Both the position numbers and the translations under genes were made by a program. Positions 6,511 through 6,606 of a stretch of DNA of 6,606 bases are shown here, piece by piece. How positions within the stretch are numbered: the stretch's first letter is position 1; every line of letters begins with the position of its first letter. The notes beneath the pieces are model-generated. The model was not told where the DNA came from and did no database searches. It saw only the letters and a program-made list of their open reading frames with translations. Origin of the DNA: Tubiluchus corallicola (Eukaryota; Animalia; Priapulida); assembly GCA_030141605.1 (NCBI GenBank), contig JAQGDQ010002245.1, positions 1-6,606 of the forward strand. The letters are read 5' to 3'.

Positions 6511-6606
6511 CAGTGGCAGCTCGTGTACAGGTACTGTGGTACTGCAGCACCCCCTGATGTCCCAGCTCTCTCCTTCACCCCACGTCACACCCAGCACCTG
6601 GTGTCC
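6511..6606 (+). mobile_element. Possible left end of a hAT-like DNA transposon, truncated by the window end
   Basis: Abrupt shift from AT-rich to GC-rich sequence starting at CAGTGGCAGCTCGTG, which resembles CAGTGGCG-type hAT termini. The partner TIR and TSD are not in the window. Confidence 0.35.

Overview
AT-rich eukaryotic (probably invertebrate) genomic DNA. None of the supplied ORFs is a complete gene. The host gene is a spliced minus-strand gene with at least four phase 1-1 exons (6290-6400, 3908-4027, 2024-2137, 1385-1507), each encoding one LDL-receptor class A (LDLa) module. Its introns and flank are packed with repeats: a 40-bp minisatellite (1-283); a candidate solo LTR with heat-shock elements upstream of a TATA box (287-612); two inverted, 5'-truncated copies of one CR1/L2-group LINE 3' end bracketing two LDLa exons (846-1266, 2152-2672); a hAT MITE with TIRs and an 8-bp TSD (3393-3875); and an (ACTC)n microsatellite. 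The most striking element is a 1.9-kb spacer-less palindromic, foldback-like element (4190-6080) flanked by TAA. Its left arm has 77-bp units and its right arm has inverted 87-bp units with a 217-bp higher-order repeat. All calls were made by eye, no database search was run, and novelty is unverified.
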